Shown: piece after piece, positions 16,794-24,671 of the stretch | How the letters are laid out: every line of letters begins with the position of its first letter | Numbering within the stretch: position 1 is the first letter of the stretch | Program-made: the position numbers and the translations under genes | The notes under the pieces: generated by a model | The model's input: the letters and a program-made list of their open reading frames with translations, nothing else | Told to the model about the DNA's origin: nothing | The model's database searches: none | Assembly: GCF_003324675.1 (NCBI RefSeq) | Contig: NZ_CP030918.1 | Coordinates: forward strand, 2,130,001-2,162,000 | DNA from: Paracoccus suum | GTDB taxonomy: Bacteria; Pseudomonadota; Alphaproteobacteria; Rhodobacterales; Rhodobacteraceae | Direction: 5' to 3' | DNA length: 32,000 bases

Positions 16794-17070
16794 CCTCGAG
16801 ACGGCCAAAGAAACCCTGCGCATTACACACGACGATGAGGACCTGAAGGTTCAGCGCGAAGCCGAGATGGCTGAGCAGATCGTTGTCGACTACATCAAGC
16901 GGCCGGACCATGGATGGACGGCGCACACCGTCCCTTTACACGTCCAGGCCGCCATGGTGCACGTCCTGCACCGGATCCACGATGACCCGATGGGCGAACT
17001 CGAAGGTGGCTGGCTGTCGCCGGCGGCGAAGGATTTGCTCCACCGTGAGCGGGATCCGGCTCTGGCATGA
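16783..17070 (+). CDS. Head-tail connector (gp6-like, Phage_connect_1)
   Basis: MLIDLETAKETLRITHDDEDLKV... matches the typical 'L...K.hLRvdhddeD' N-terminus. Size and position fit. Confidence 0.75.
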   Translation: MLIDLETAKETLRITHDDEDLKVQREAEMAEQIVVDYIKRPDHGWTAHTVPLHVQAAMVHVLHRIHDDPMGELEGGWLSPAAKDLLHRERDPALA

Positions 17071-17408
17071 AGCGCACTGTTCCCAACCTCGATTACCAGG
17101 CCACCTTTTCCGCCCGCGAGACGGTCGAGACGGACATGGGCGGCACCGAGGACGCATGGGTGCCGCAGTTCACCGAATGGGCGGCCGTGAAGCATCTGCG
17201 GGGCGGGGAGAGCGTCATGCAGGCGCGGCTGGCGTCGCGGAACCCCGTGATCATCACGATCCGCAACAGCGCGCGCGCGCGGCGGATCACGAGCGAGTGG
17301 CAGGCTGAGTTGCGGGACCGGACCGGCATTCGCAAGGTCTATGCGATCAAGGAAGACCCGCGCCCGACCGAAGCGAACGGGTATCTCGAAATGCTGGCTG
17401 AGGGCTGA
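17067..17408 (+). CDS. Head closure / head-tail adaptor (SPP1 gp16-like)
   Basis: 113 aa with an ATGA overlap. The pattern ...WAAVKHLRGGESVMQARLASRNPVIITIR... is typical of Phage_H_T_join proteins. Confidence 0.7.
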   Translation: MKRTVPNLDYQATFSARETVETDMGGTEDAWVPQFTEWAAVKHLRGGESVMQARLASRNPVIITIRNSARARRITSEWQAELRDRTGIRKVYAIKEDPRPTEANGYLEMLAEG

Positions 17409-17410
17409 TC

Positions 17411-17632
17411 ATGGCCACGTGGACTTCTTTCACTAGCCGGGCGATGGGCTACGAGGGCGACCCTGTGATCGTCAACGTAGACCTAATCGAGACAGTGGCG
17501 CCGCACGAGCTTGGGGCCTGCATCTATATGTCGAGCGGGAAGCTGGTCGCGGTCAATGAATCGGCCGCGGACGCTTTTATTAAGATCGCGCAGGCGAGTG
17601 GCATCCCGCCCGTCGAGGGTGCGCGGGCCTGA
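17411..17632 (+). CDS. Hypothetical protein (73 aa)
   Basis: Tightly packed between connector genes. No motif recognised. Confidence 0.5.
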   Translation: MATWTSFTSRAMGYEGDPVIVNVDLIETVAPHELGACIYMSSGKLVAVNESAADAFIKIAQASGIPPVEGARA

Positions 17633-17633
17633 C

Positions 17634-18023
17634 ATGGGCATCAGCAGCGCCCTGCAGCGGCTGATCGTCGCCCGGCTCAAGGCCGAGGTGCCCTTGGTCA
17701 GTGGCCGCGTATTCGACGGCCCCAACGAGACTGCGACGATGCCCTACGTCAGCATCGGCCCGAGCTACTGGAACGATGACAGCGCCGAATGCATCCGCGG
17801 CCGCGTCGAGACGGTCCAGGTCGACATCTGGGCGAGCAACAAGCCCGACAAGCGGGCCGCCAAGGACGCTACCGACGAGGTGGTCGCTGCACTGGACGGC
17901 TGGGAGGACACCGCGGCGCTGACCATGCACCCGCTGCGGGTCTCGCTGGTGCGGGTCATGGACGATCCGGCGCCGGGTGTGATCCACGGCGTGGTGCAGG
18001 TCGAGGCGATGGTCGAGGGTTAG
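17634..18023 (+). CDS. DUF3168-like tail terminator / completion protein
   Basis: MGISSALQRLIVARLKAEVPLVSGRVFDGPNETATMPYVSIGP...VQVDIWA resembles DUF3168 (RcGTA g8-like). Start is the ATG at 17634, 2 nt after the upstream stop. Confidence 0.7.
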   Translation: MGISSALQRLIVARLKAEVPLVSGRVFDGPNETATMPYVSIGPSYWNDDSAECIRGRVETVQVDIWASNKPDKRAAKDATDEVVAALDGWEDTAALTMHPLRVSLVRVMDDPAPGVIHGVVQVEAMVEG

Positions 18024-18421
18024 GCCTTTACCTTCATTCGTCCGGTAGCGGCTAAACTGCATGCTTCGATGGCCATTTGGCCGTCAAGATCGTACTTGGC
18101 TCCAGACCCCACAAACCGAGAGGCTAGGGCGCCATCGCGAATTCGGAGATAGAAGGGCTTGTATCCGATATAGGCGCCAAACGAGTTTTTGCCATTTATC
18201 TCGCCGCAGATCGCTCGGCCTTGGCCGTTGCTGAGATCAAACGCGGCGACATTGCGCAACTGCGCCGACCCGGGGTCCTTCAAAGAGTCTACGATAGCTG
18301 ACTGAATGTAACCGCGATCCTTCGACGTCACGGCCGCCGGGCGCGCGTTAACCTCAGTGTCGTTTACATCGACGCAGGCACTTACGCCGAGGGCGACGAG
18401 GACGACCAAACTAAAGCGCAT
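18020..18421 (-). CDS. Opposite-strand moron: small secreted lipoprotein (133 aa)
   Basis: MRFSLVVLVALGVSAC gives a signal peptide plus lipobox V-S-A-C. GC is visibly lower. Its stop overlaps the stop of the convergent DUF3168 gene by sharing bases 18020-18023. The core reads LKDPGSAQLRNV...ICGEINGKNSFGAYIGYKPFY. Confidence 0.8.
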   Translation of the reverse strand: MRFSLVVLVALGVSACVDVNDTEVNARPAAVTSKDRGYIQSAIVDSLKDPGSAQLRNVAAFDLSNGQGRAICGEINGKNSFGAYIGYKPFYLRIRDGALASRFVGSGAKYDLDGQMAIEACSLAATGRMKVKA

Positions 18422-18449
18422 CAGTGATTCCTTTGTTCACGGGTTCGTT

Positions 18450-18884
18450 ATGTCACAGCTATCCCCACGGCTTCGCGCCAGTCTAGAGCGAGTTCCAGAT
18501 ATTGCTCGCGCCGCCGCCGCACAGGCGATGGAGGAGGGCGCGCAGGAGATCGTGGATGCGATGCGGGCGACAGTTCCGGTCGAGAGTGGCGCCCTGCGCG
18601 ACAGCATCGGGTGGACCTGGGGCGAGGTCCCTGCCGGGTCGTTCACCATTGCAGATGTCCGTAGCGGCAAGAACCGAGGCAGGCAGTATGCCACGCTCCG
18701 CCTCAAAATTTATGCCGGCAACCGAGACGCGTTCTACGCGCGGTTTATTGAGTTCGGGACGAAAACCGGCACCCCGGCCCAACCTTTTTTCCATCCGGTC
18801 TGGAAGGCCAAAAAGGCGGCCTTTCGCAAACGCATCCGCGGCGCAGTGAAGCTCGCGATCAAAAGGGAGATGCCCAATGGCTAA
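18450..18884 (+). CDS. HK97 gp10-like head-tail joining / tail component protein
   Basis: VPVESGALRDSI...FYARFIEFGT...AQPFFHPVW matches the HK97-gp10 family signature (tG.Lr.si....yy..f.EfGT....a.PFl.pa). Start at MSQLSPR (18450) avoids overlap with the lipoprotein gene. Confidence 0.75.
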   Translation: MSQLSPRLRASLERVPDIARAAAAQAMEEGAQEIVDAMRATVPVESGALRDSIGWTWGEVPAGSFTIADVRSGKNRGRQYATLRLKIYAGNRDAFYARFIEFGTKTGTPAQPFFHPVWKAKKAAFRKRIRGAVKLAIKREMPNG

Positions 18885-19080
18885 AGCCATTTTCCACAAG
18901 CCGGTTGGCTACACGCAGCCCAAGGGCGGCGGCGGGTGGTACGCCGAGGCCAGCAAGGACCCGCAGTCGTTCCCCGAGGAGTTTATCGCCTATGCCGTGG
19001 AGGCAGGCGCAGCAACTCGCGTCGGCGAAAATGCGAAGACCGGCGACCAAGCTTCGGCGGCCAAGCCGGCGGCTAACTAA
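18877..19080 (+). CDS. Hypothetical protein (67 aa)
   Basis: Overlaps the upstream stop, and the intrinsic terminator follows. No motif recognised. Confidence 0.45.
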   Translation: MAKAIFHKPVGYTQPKGGGGWYAEASKDPQSFPEEFIAYAVEAGAATRVGENAKTGDQASAAKPAAN

Positions 19081-19110
19081 AGCCGTAATCCCCAACCGGG
19101 GCCAAACCGC

Positions 19111-19135
19111 ACCGCCCGGAATGGCGGTTTTTTTT
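19111..19135 (+). terminator. Intrinsic terminator (or attenuator) just upstream of the major tail gene
   Basis: ACCGCC-cggaat-GGCGGT stem-loop followed by an uninterrupted T8 run, with an upstream A-run. The AGGAGG RBS of the next gene follows. Confidence 0.6.
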
Positions 19136-19157
19136 ATGCCCAAAGGAGGGTTGCAAA

Positions 19158-19601
19158 ATGGTGGCTCCGGTCACGGAACGTTTCGAGCAAATGACGCTCG
19201 AAGTCAGCGAAGATGGAACTGTATGGACCAAACTCTGCGGCATGATCGGCGTGACCATCACCCGCGGAGCGCAGTTTGAGACCAGCGAGGTTCCCGCAGA
19301 CTGCGCGGACGAAAGCCTGCCCCTCAAGGTCGACCGCGCGCTGCGGTCGGTGGATGTGACCGTTTCGGCGGACGGTGCTTGGGCGCAGCAGTCGCACAAG
19401 ACGATGATGGACTGGTTCTACACGGGCGCGACCAAGATGGTCCGCGTCGGCCATGCCGCCACCCTGACCGGCGACCCGCAGTACGAGCAGGGCCCTGCCT
19501 TCCTCACGTCTCTGAACCACGCTCGGGTCAAGGGACAAAAGGTCACCGCGAACATTGAAGTCGCCTTCGACGGAACCCCTGAGCGCGTGGCGAAAGTCTG
19601 A
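19158..19601 (+). CDS. Major tail (tube) protein, TP901-1/GTA g9-like
   Basis: 147 aa with a strong AGGAGG RBS. Position is immediately upstream of the chaperone pair and tape measure gene. Sequence similarity judged by eye is weak. Confidence 0.65.
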   Translation: MVAPVTERFEQMTLEVSEDGTVWTKLCGMIGVTITRGAQFETSEVPADCADESLPLKVDRALRSVDVTVSADGAWAQQSHKTMMDWFYTGATKMVRVGHAATLTGDPQYEQGPAFLTSLNHARVKGQKVTANIEVAFDGTPERVAKV

Positions 19602-19969
19602 TGCTCGCGCTCACCATGACATGGCCGGGCGGGGAGCATCCTTTCCGCCTGGCGCTCGCCCAGCTTGAGGGCTTGCAACAGAAAACGGACGCCGGCCCAG
19701 AGTGGCTCCTTTTCCGGCTTCAATCGGGTCAGTGGTTGGCGACCGAGATTTTCGAGACCTTGCGGTTCGGCCTGATCGGCGGCGGTATGGGCGACAGCGA
19801 GGCAGCGCGGCTCGTCGGCAACGCACTCGACCGGCACCCGCTGATCTCGTTCAAGGTGCCGGCCCTCCAGGTCCTTACGGCCGCGCTCTATGGCCCGCTG
19901 GACGATATGCCGGGAAAGCAGACGCTGGCGAGCGAAGAGACGCCGGAGACAACCCCCGAGGAAAGCTAA
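19601..19969 (+). CDS. Tail assembly chaperone, zero-frame product (G-like; GTA g10-like)
   Basis: 122 aa, located between the tail tube and tape measure genes. Acidic C-terminus. Contains the in-frame slippery heptamer. Confidence 0.75.
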   Translation: MLALTMTWPGGEHPFRLALAQLEGLQQKTDAGPEWLLFRLQSGQWLATEIFETLRFGLIGGGMGDSEAARLVGNALDRHPLISFKVPALQVLTAALYGPLDDMPGKQTLASEETPETTPEES

Positions 19970-20169
19970 GGTTTAGCCAGCTGTACGGGATCGGGGCCGT
20001 GATGGGCTGGGGACCTTGTCAGACCGGACTTTGCAGCCTCTGGGAACTGGCGGCGTCGTGGGACGTGTACAGCCGCGCCAATGGCTTCAAGCCCGGCTCG
20101 GGCAGCAACACATCGGCGGACAGCCTGACCGAGGCGCAATTGCGCGCGATGGGAATTGAGGGATTCTGA
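19601..20169 (+). CDS. Tail assembly chaperone, -1 frameshift fusion product (GT-like, about 189 aa)
   Basis: After a slip at 19912-19918 the reading continues from 19918 in the frame of ORF 19702..20169. The extension (...GAVMGWGPCQTGLCSLWELAASW...LTEAQLRAMGIEGF) resembles the GTA g10.1 / rcc01693-type chaperone family. It ends at TGATG, overlapping the tape measure start. Confidence 0.65.
19912..19918 (+). promoter_or_regulatory. Programmed -1 ribosomal frameshift slippery site G GGA AAG
   Basis: Zero-frame codons are CCG GGA AAG (P-G-K of ...DDMPGKQ...), which is the X XXY YYZ phasing. The heptamer is identical to the lambda G/GT slip site. The -1 frame stays open from here to 20169. Confidence 0.7.
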
Positions 20170-23054
20170 TGGCTGAACCTGATCTCGTCCTAGACGTCGG
20201 CTTTTCCGCGTCCAAGCTAGCTGCTTCGGTGCAGCAGGTCGTCAGCAAGTACAAGGCGGCAGGTGAAGCGGCGCAGAAGGCGTTTCAGGACTCGACGGGG
20301 GCCGTATCGAACAGCCAGGCCGCCCGGGCGCACGCGCGTGAATTGGACGCGCTCAAGCGCGCCTATGACCCGGTCTACGTCGCCACGAAGAAATATGAGG
20401 CCGAGGTCCAGAGGCTCAATCTCGCACTGAAGAACGGCGCCATCGGTAGCCGTCTTTACGCTGAGCACATGAAGCGCGCGACCGTCGAGATGGGGACGGC
20501 TGCCGGGATCATCCAGAAAACCACCGCGCGCGCGCAAGGCGGGGCAGACGGCTTCCGCAACCTTGGTTTCCAGGTGCAAGACTTTGCGGTTCAAGTGGGG
20601 GCTGGTACGTCCGCCAGCCAAGCCCTTGCGCAACAGTTGCCTCAGCTTCTGTCAGGCTTTGGCGCGCTGGGGATTGGCATGGGGACGGCAGCCGCCATCC
20701 TGATCCCGGTCGGCCGCGCTCTTATAGGTCTCGTGCGCGACACCGACACGCTTGAGGAGAGCCTGAAGGCTCTCACGACATCGACCGATGACATGGTTGC
20801 ATCTGCGGAGAACGCCTCCCGTCCGATTTATGAATTGCAGACTGCTTTCGGTGGCCTCGCTGATGAAATCGCGCGAGCAGATCAAGCGCAGGCCATGTTC
20901 GCGCGCATCCGCGCGGAGAACGATCTCTCGGGTGCAGCAAAGAAAGTCGGACAATCGGTTGGCTACGACACGAGCCCACAGCCTGTGAAGGTGTGGACGG
21001 GATCGGGATACACCGAAATCGAGGCTGCCAGTATCGCGCAGCAGGCCGATGCGATGGATAACCTGCGCGAAAAGACCGGGGCGACCGTCCCTCAGGTCGA
21101 GGCCTTGAGCCAAGCCATGAAGCGGCTCGCCACGGCCAACAGCGCGTCCGCCTATGCGAAGGAAGCCGCCAACCTTCAGATTGTTCTGTCCGACATTGCC
21201 GGAAACGCCAAGCTTACCGAAGGCCAGATGGAAAACCTCAACACTCTCGTCGTCGAGGCCGGCGCAATCCGCACCCAAGCCGAGCGGCAGGTTGCTGCTG
21301 TGATGGGCGAGACGCAGAAGATCATTGACAAGTTCGCTGGGAAGACCCGCGAACTAATGGACCTGGCGCGGCAGAAGGGCGTCGTTGACGAGCAACTCGA
21401 AAAGGCACGCAAGAGCGGCAACACCGCGCTCGTCGCCCAGCTCGAAGAGGTCGCGCTGAACATCGACGTTCAGATCGAAAAGACGCGCGAGCTAGGCCGA
21501 GTGAGCGATGAAGTGTTCGCGCAGATGGCGAAGGCCATCAACTCGACCCTCGGGGCATCTGCCTCCAATGGCCTGAGCGCGCTCAGCGACAAGCTGGCGA
21601 ACATGGGCGCGCCCTTTGCGACCGAGATGGCGACCGTCGCCAAAGAGGTGGAGGCGGCCAATCAGAGCCTGCGCGAGCTGATCAAGCTGAAGGAGAGCGG
21701 TGGCAACTATAACGCCACCCTCGACAACGGCCAGTGGACCGGCGGTCCCAAAGACCTGATCAACATGACGTTGAATGAGGTCCGCGCGCTTCAGAACCAG
21801 ATGCTAGCGAACCCGGCGAACCGGGCCAAATACGGCAACGGCAAGGGGTCCTCGGCTCTCGGGGCTTACCAGATCGTGGGCCAGACGCTCGAGAGCCTGA
21901 TCAAGGAACTCGGGCTGACCGGGAACGAGCTGTACGACCAGAACATGCAGGACCGCATGGCGGACCAACTGATCCGCCGGCGTCGCGGACAGGGCTTGCC
22001 CGGCCTGCGGAACGAATGGACCAGCCTGCATAATGTGGGCGACCCGATCATCGAGCGCGCTATGGGTGCGCAATCGACCCCCTTGATCGACCCCGAGGTG
22101 GCAGCGAAGCGAAAGAAGGATCTGGACGAGGAAATCCAGAGGCGAAAGCAACTTGCCGATCAGGTCACGCAGTATGCGGAGCAGCTTTCGTCCTCCTACG
22201 TCACGCAGCAGAAACAGGCCGAGGAAGAGAAGAAACGCGCCGACGCGGTGGCGCGGATCAATGCGAGCAATCTGTCCGAAGCGGACAAAGCCGCGGCCAT
22301 CGCCGAGGTCAACGGCGAGATGCAGAAGCAACTGACGATCTTCGCGCTGATGGAGGAGGCCAAGCGTCGGCAGGTGAGCCTCGACGCCATGATGACCGAT
22401 GGCAGCATGACCTACAAACAGGCGATCGAGGCGCTTGGCGAGGGCAAGAAACAGCAGATCATCATCGACCAGCAAGTGCAGTCGGCGCAGCAGAAAGCGG
22501 CCGAGACACAGGAGTTCTGGAACGGCGAGCAGAGGAAGTTCCAGGACGGTTTGGTCGATGCTATAGTCGCCGGCGCGAGTTTCTCCGATATGCTGAAGAG
22601 CATCGCTCAGGACATTGCCAAGGCGGCGCTTCAAGCGGCGTTGTTCGGTCAGGGACCGATGTCCAGCGGGGGCGGCGGGCTACTGTCCGGGCTGTTCTCG
22701 ATGTTTGGCGGCGGCGGGGCTGTGCGCGGCAACGACGCCCTTTCGCAGGCGTTGCGCGGTGCGATTGGCTTCAGGGCCAGCGGCGGCCCGATTAACGCCG
22801 GTGCGCCCTACGTCGTCGGCGAGCGCGGTCCTGAGCTGATCGTTCCCCGACTGCCAGGCACCGTCATTCCGAACCACAGGCTGGGCGGCAGGAGCAGCAA
22901 CACGATCACTTTCGCGCCGGTCATCCATGCCAATGGCGCCGTGTCTCAGACGGACCTCGACATGGCCAAGCGCCAGATGGCGGAGTTCATGCATCGCGAG
23001 TTCGTTCCGATGCTGCGACAGAGCATGCCTGAATTCAACGCGCGGTATGCCTGA
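20169..23054 (+). CDS. Tape measure protein with an internal lysozyme / lytic transglycosylase-like domain
   Basis: 961 aa, Ala/Gln-rich and helical, with a Gly-rich C-terminus. An internal block at about 21680-21990 reads KESGGNYNATLDNG...SSALGAYQIVGQTLESL (catalytic E-S plus a GxYQ-type muramidase motif). Confidence 0.85.
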   Translation: MAEPDLVLDVGFSASKLAASVQQVVSKYKAAGEAAQKAFQDSTGAVSNSQAARAHARELDALKRAYDPVYVATKKYEAEVQRLNLALKNGAIGSRLYAEHMKRATVEMGTAAGIIQKTTARAQGGADGFRNLGFQVQDFAVQVGAGTSASQALAQQLPQLLSGFGALGIGMGTAAAILIPVGRALIGLVRDTDTLEESLKALTTSTDDMVASAENASRPIYELQTAFGGLADEIARADQAQAMFARIRAENDLSGAAKKVGQSVGYDTSPQPVKVWTGSGYTEIEAASIAQQADAMDNLREKTGATVPQVEALSQAMKRLATANSASAYAKEAANLQIVLSDIAGNAKLTEGQMENLNTLVVEAGAIRTQAERQVAAVMGETQKIIDKFAGKTRELMDLARQKGVVDEQLEKARKSGNTALVAQLEEVALNIDVQIEKTRELGRVSDEVFAQMAKAINSTLGASASNGLSALSDKLANMGAPFATEMATVAKEVEAANQSLRELIKLKESGGNYNATLDNGQWTGGPKDLINMTLNEVRALQNQMLANPANRAKYGNGKGSSALGAYQIVGQTLESLIKELGLTGNELYDQNMQDRMADQLIRRRRGQGLPGLRNEWTSLHNVGDPIIERAMGAQSTPLIDPEVAAKRKKDLDEEIQRRKQLADQVTQYAEQLSSSYVTQQKQAEEEKKRADAVARINASNLSEADKAAAIAEVNGEMQKQLTIFALMEEAKRRQVSLDAMMTDGSMTYKQAIEALGEGKKQQIIIDQQVQSAQQKAAETQEFWNGEQRKFQDGLVDAIVAGASFSDMLKSIAQDIAKAALQAALFGQGPMSSGGGGLLSGLFSMFGGGGAVRGNDALSQALRGAIGFRASGGPINAGAPYVVGERGPELIVPRLPGTVIPNHRLGGRSSNTITFAPVIHANGAVSQTDLDMAKRQMAEFMHREFVPMLRQSMPEFNARYA

Positions 23055-23725
23055 TGGCAGTGATCGTATGGCCCGCCGGGCTTCTGCGCCCGGTCGAGGG
23101 CTCGTTCTTCATCCGCAACATCAGCCGGTCAGGCGGGGTGTCGCTGAATGGCGTGGAGCAGGTCCTGACCAGCACAGCGTCGTGGTGGGAGATTTCCCTG
23201 ACGCTCAGCCGGGAGTTCGACGGGGAGCGGCTCAAGGCGTTCGAGGCGTATATCTCGCGGATGCGCGGCCGACAGAACGTCGCCGCGATCCCGCTCTGCG
23301 ATCCTTACCGATACGGCGCGAAAGTGTCGCCACTGCAGCAGCCGTGGTCAGACGGGACGTATTTCAGCGATGGGACAGGGTGGGTCGACGGCACCGCAAG
23401 CCAGCCCATGACGGTCGTGAACGCGGCCGGCGTCGGCTCGCGGTTTCTGACATTCAAGTTGACCCAACCTGTCAGGCCGGCACTGCGCCTCGGCGACATG
23501 TTTTCTATCAACGGGTTCCTGTATCGGGTCACTTCTGCGGGCGGAAACGATATCTATTTCGAGCCTCCTTTGCGGCAAGCGATCCCGGCAGGACAGGTAA
23601 TCCAAACCGACCCCCCTGTATTTTATGGCCGGTTTGCCACGGACGACGAGGGCCGGAGGTCGCGCGAGCTGATGCGCTGGGGCGGTCAAACGACCCTTAC
23701 CCTCATTGAGGCATTCGACCGGTAA
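23054..23725 (+). CDS. Putative distal tail protein (GTA g12 position)
   Basis: 223 aa, immediately after the tape measure gene with a TGATG overlap. Assignment is positional. Confidence 0.55.
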   Translation: MAVIVWPAGLLRPVEGSFFIRNISRSGGVSLNGVEQVLTSTASWWEISLTLSREFDGERLKAFEAYISRMRGRQNVAAIPLCDPYRYGAKVSPLQQPWSDGTYFSDGTGWVDGTASQPMTVVNAAGVGSRFLTFKLTQPVRPALRLGDMFSINGFLYRVTSAGGNDIYFEPPLRQAIPAGQVIQTDPPVFYGRFATDDEGRRSRELMRWGGQTTLTLIEAFDR

Positions 23726-24312
23726 TGGCCTTCACCCCTGCGCAGGTGGACCTGCTCGACAGCAACCGCGAGATGGTCGAGGTGCGGCGCCTGTTCACTG
23801 TCGCGTTCAAGAGCCAGACCTTCCGCTTGGTGGATGACGTGATTGCGCGGACCATCGGCGGCGAGACCTATCAGCCGGCGTTCGGGTGGCTGGAAGCCGG
23901 AGCAATCAATCGCGGCGCGGTGCTCGACGCGGAACCTGCCATCTATCGGGTGACGTCGCTGGGGCCGGACACCCCCGGCGAGTTCGCCTCGCTGATGATC
24001 GCGGCCCTGCATGACGAGGCAGAATGGCGGGCGGCCAAGGCGACCTATGCAGTGCAGTTGCTCTTGGACGGCGCCGCAGTTGGCCCGGCCATCGTCATGC
24101 ACACTGGATGGATCGCCGACATCAAGCCTGCGGAGAGCGTGGCGCAGGCGGGCCTGACGATCCGTGTCGAGAGCAACCTCGCCCGGCGCAACTGGACCCC
24201 GCTTGGCGAATATACCGACCGCGACCAACAGGCCCGCTACCCCGGCGACAAGGCGATGCAGTTCGTGGCCTCGCTCAAAGACAAGGTGATTACCGGATGG
24301 CTGAAGGGCTGA
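23725..24312 (+). CDS. Putative tail hub component (DUF2163-like, GTA g13 position)
   Basis: 195 aa with a TAATG overlap. FRLVDDVIARTIGGETYQPAFGW resembles the DUF2163 'fdG.tY.p' core. Confidence 0.55.
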   Translation: MAFTPAQVDLLDSNREMVEVRRLFTVAFKSQTFRLVDDVIARTIGGETYQPAFGWLEAGAINRGAVLDAEPAIYRVTSLGPDTPGEFASLMIAALHDEAEWRAAKATYAVQLLLDGAAVGPAIVMHTGWIADIKPAESVAQAGLTIRVESNLARRNWTPLGEYTDRDQQARYPGDKAMQFVASLKDKVITGWLKG

Positions 24313-24671
24313 ACGCTTATTTGGCCCGGACATGGGATCGCCCATTTGTCTGGGGCGAGTGCGACTGCACGCTCTGGGTGGCCGACTGGTGCGCCGAGCG
24401 GTGGGGACAGGACCCGGCGGCATCGTTCCGGGGGCGCTACAGCACGCAGGACGAGGCCGAGGCCCTGACGGCAGGCGGGCTGCTGGAAACGATACGCCCC
24501 TTCATGGGCTTCCTGGTCGAGTGGACCGAGGCCAGGCCCGGTGACGTGGGGGTGGTGATGATTGACGGCCGAGAAACCGCCGCGATCCGCACTGAGAACG
24601 GGTGGGCGGTGAAATCGCTGGCCGGCATGGGGGAGGCCAACATGCCTGCCCTCGCGATCTGGGGCAGCTGA
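24297..24671 (+). CDS. NlpC/P60-like tail-associated cell wall peptidase (GTA g14 position)
   Basis: TWDRPFVWGECDCTLWVADW carries the 'W.WG..DC' catalytic Cys context, and RPGDVGVV is the typical 'PGD' strand. 124 aa. Confidence 0.65.
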   Translation: MAEGLNAYLARTWDRPFVWGECDCTLWVADWCAERWGQDPAASFRGRYSTQDEAEALTAGGLLETIRPFMGFLVEWTEARPGDVGVVMIDGRETAAIRTENGWAVKSLAGMGEANMPALAIWGS

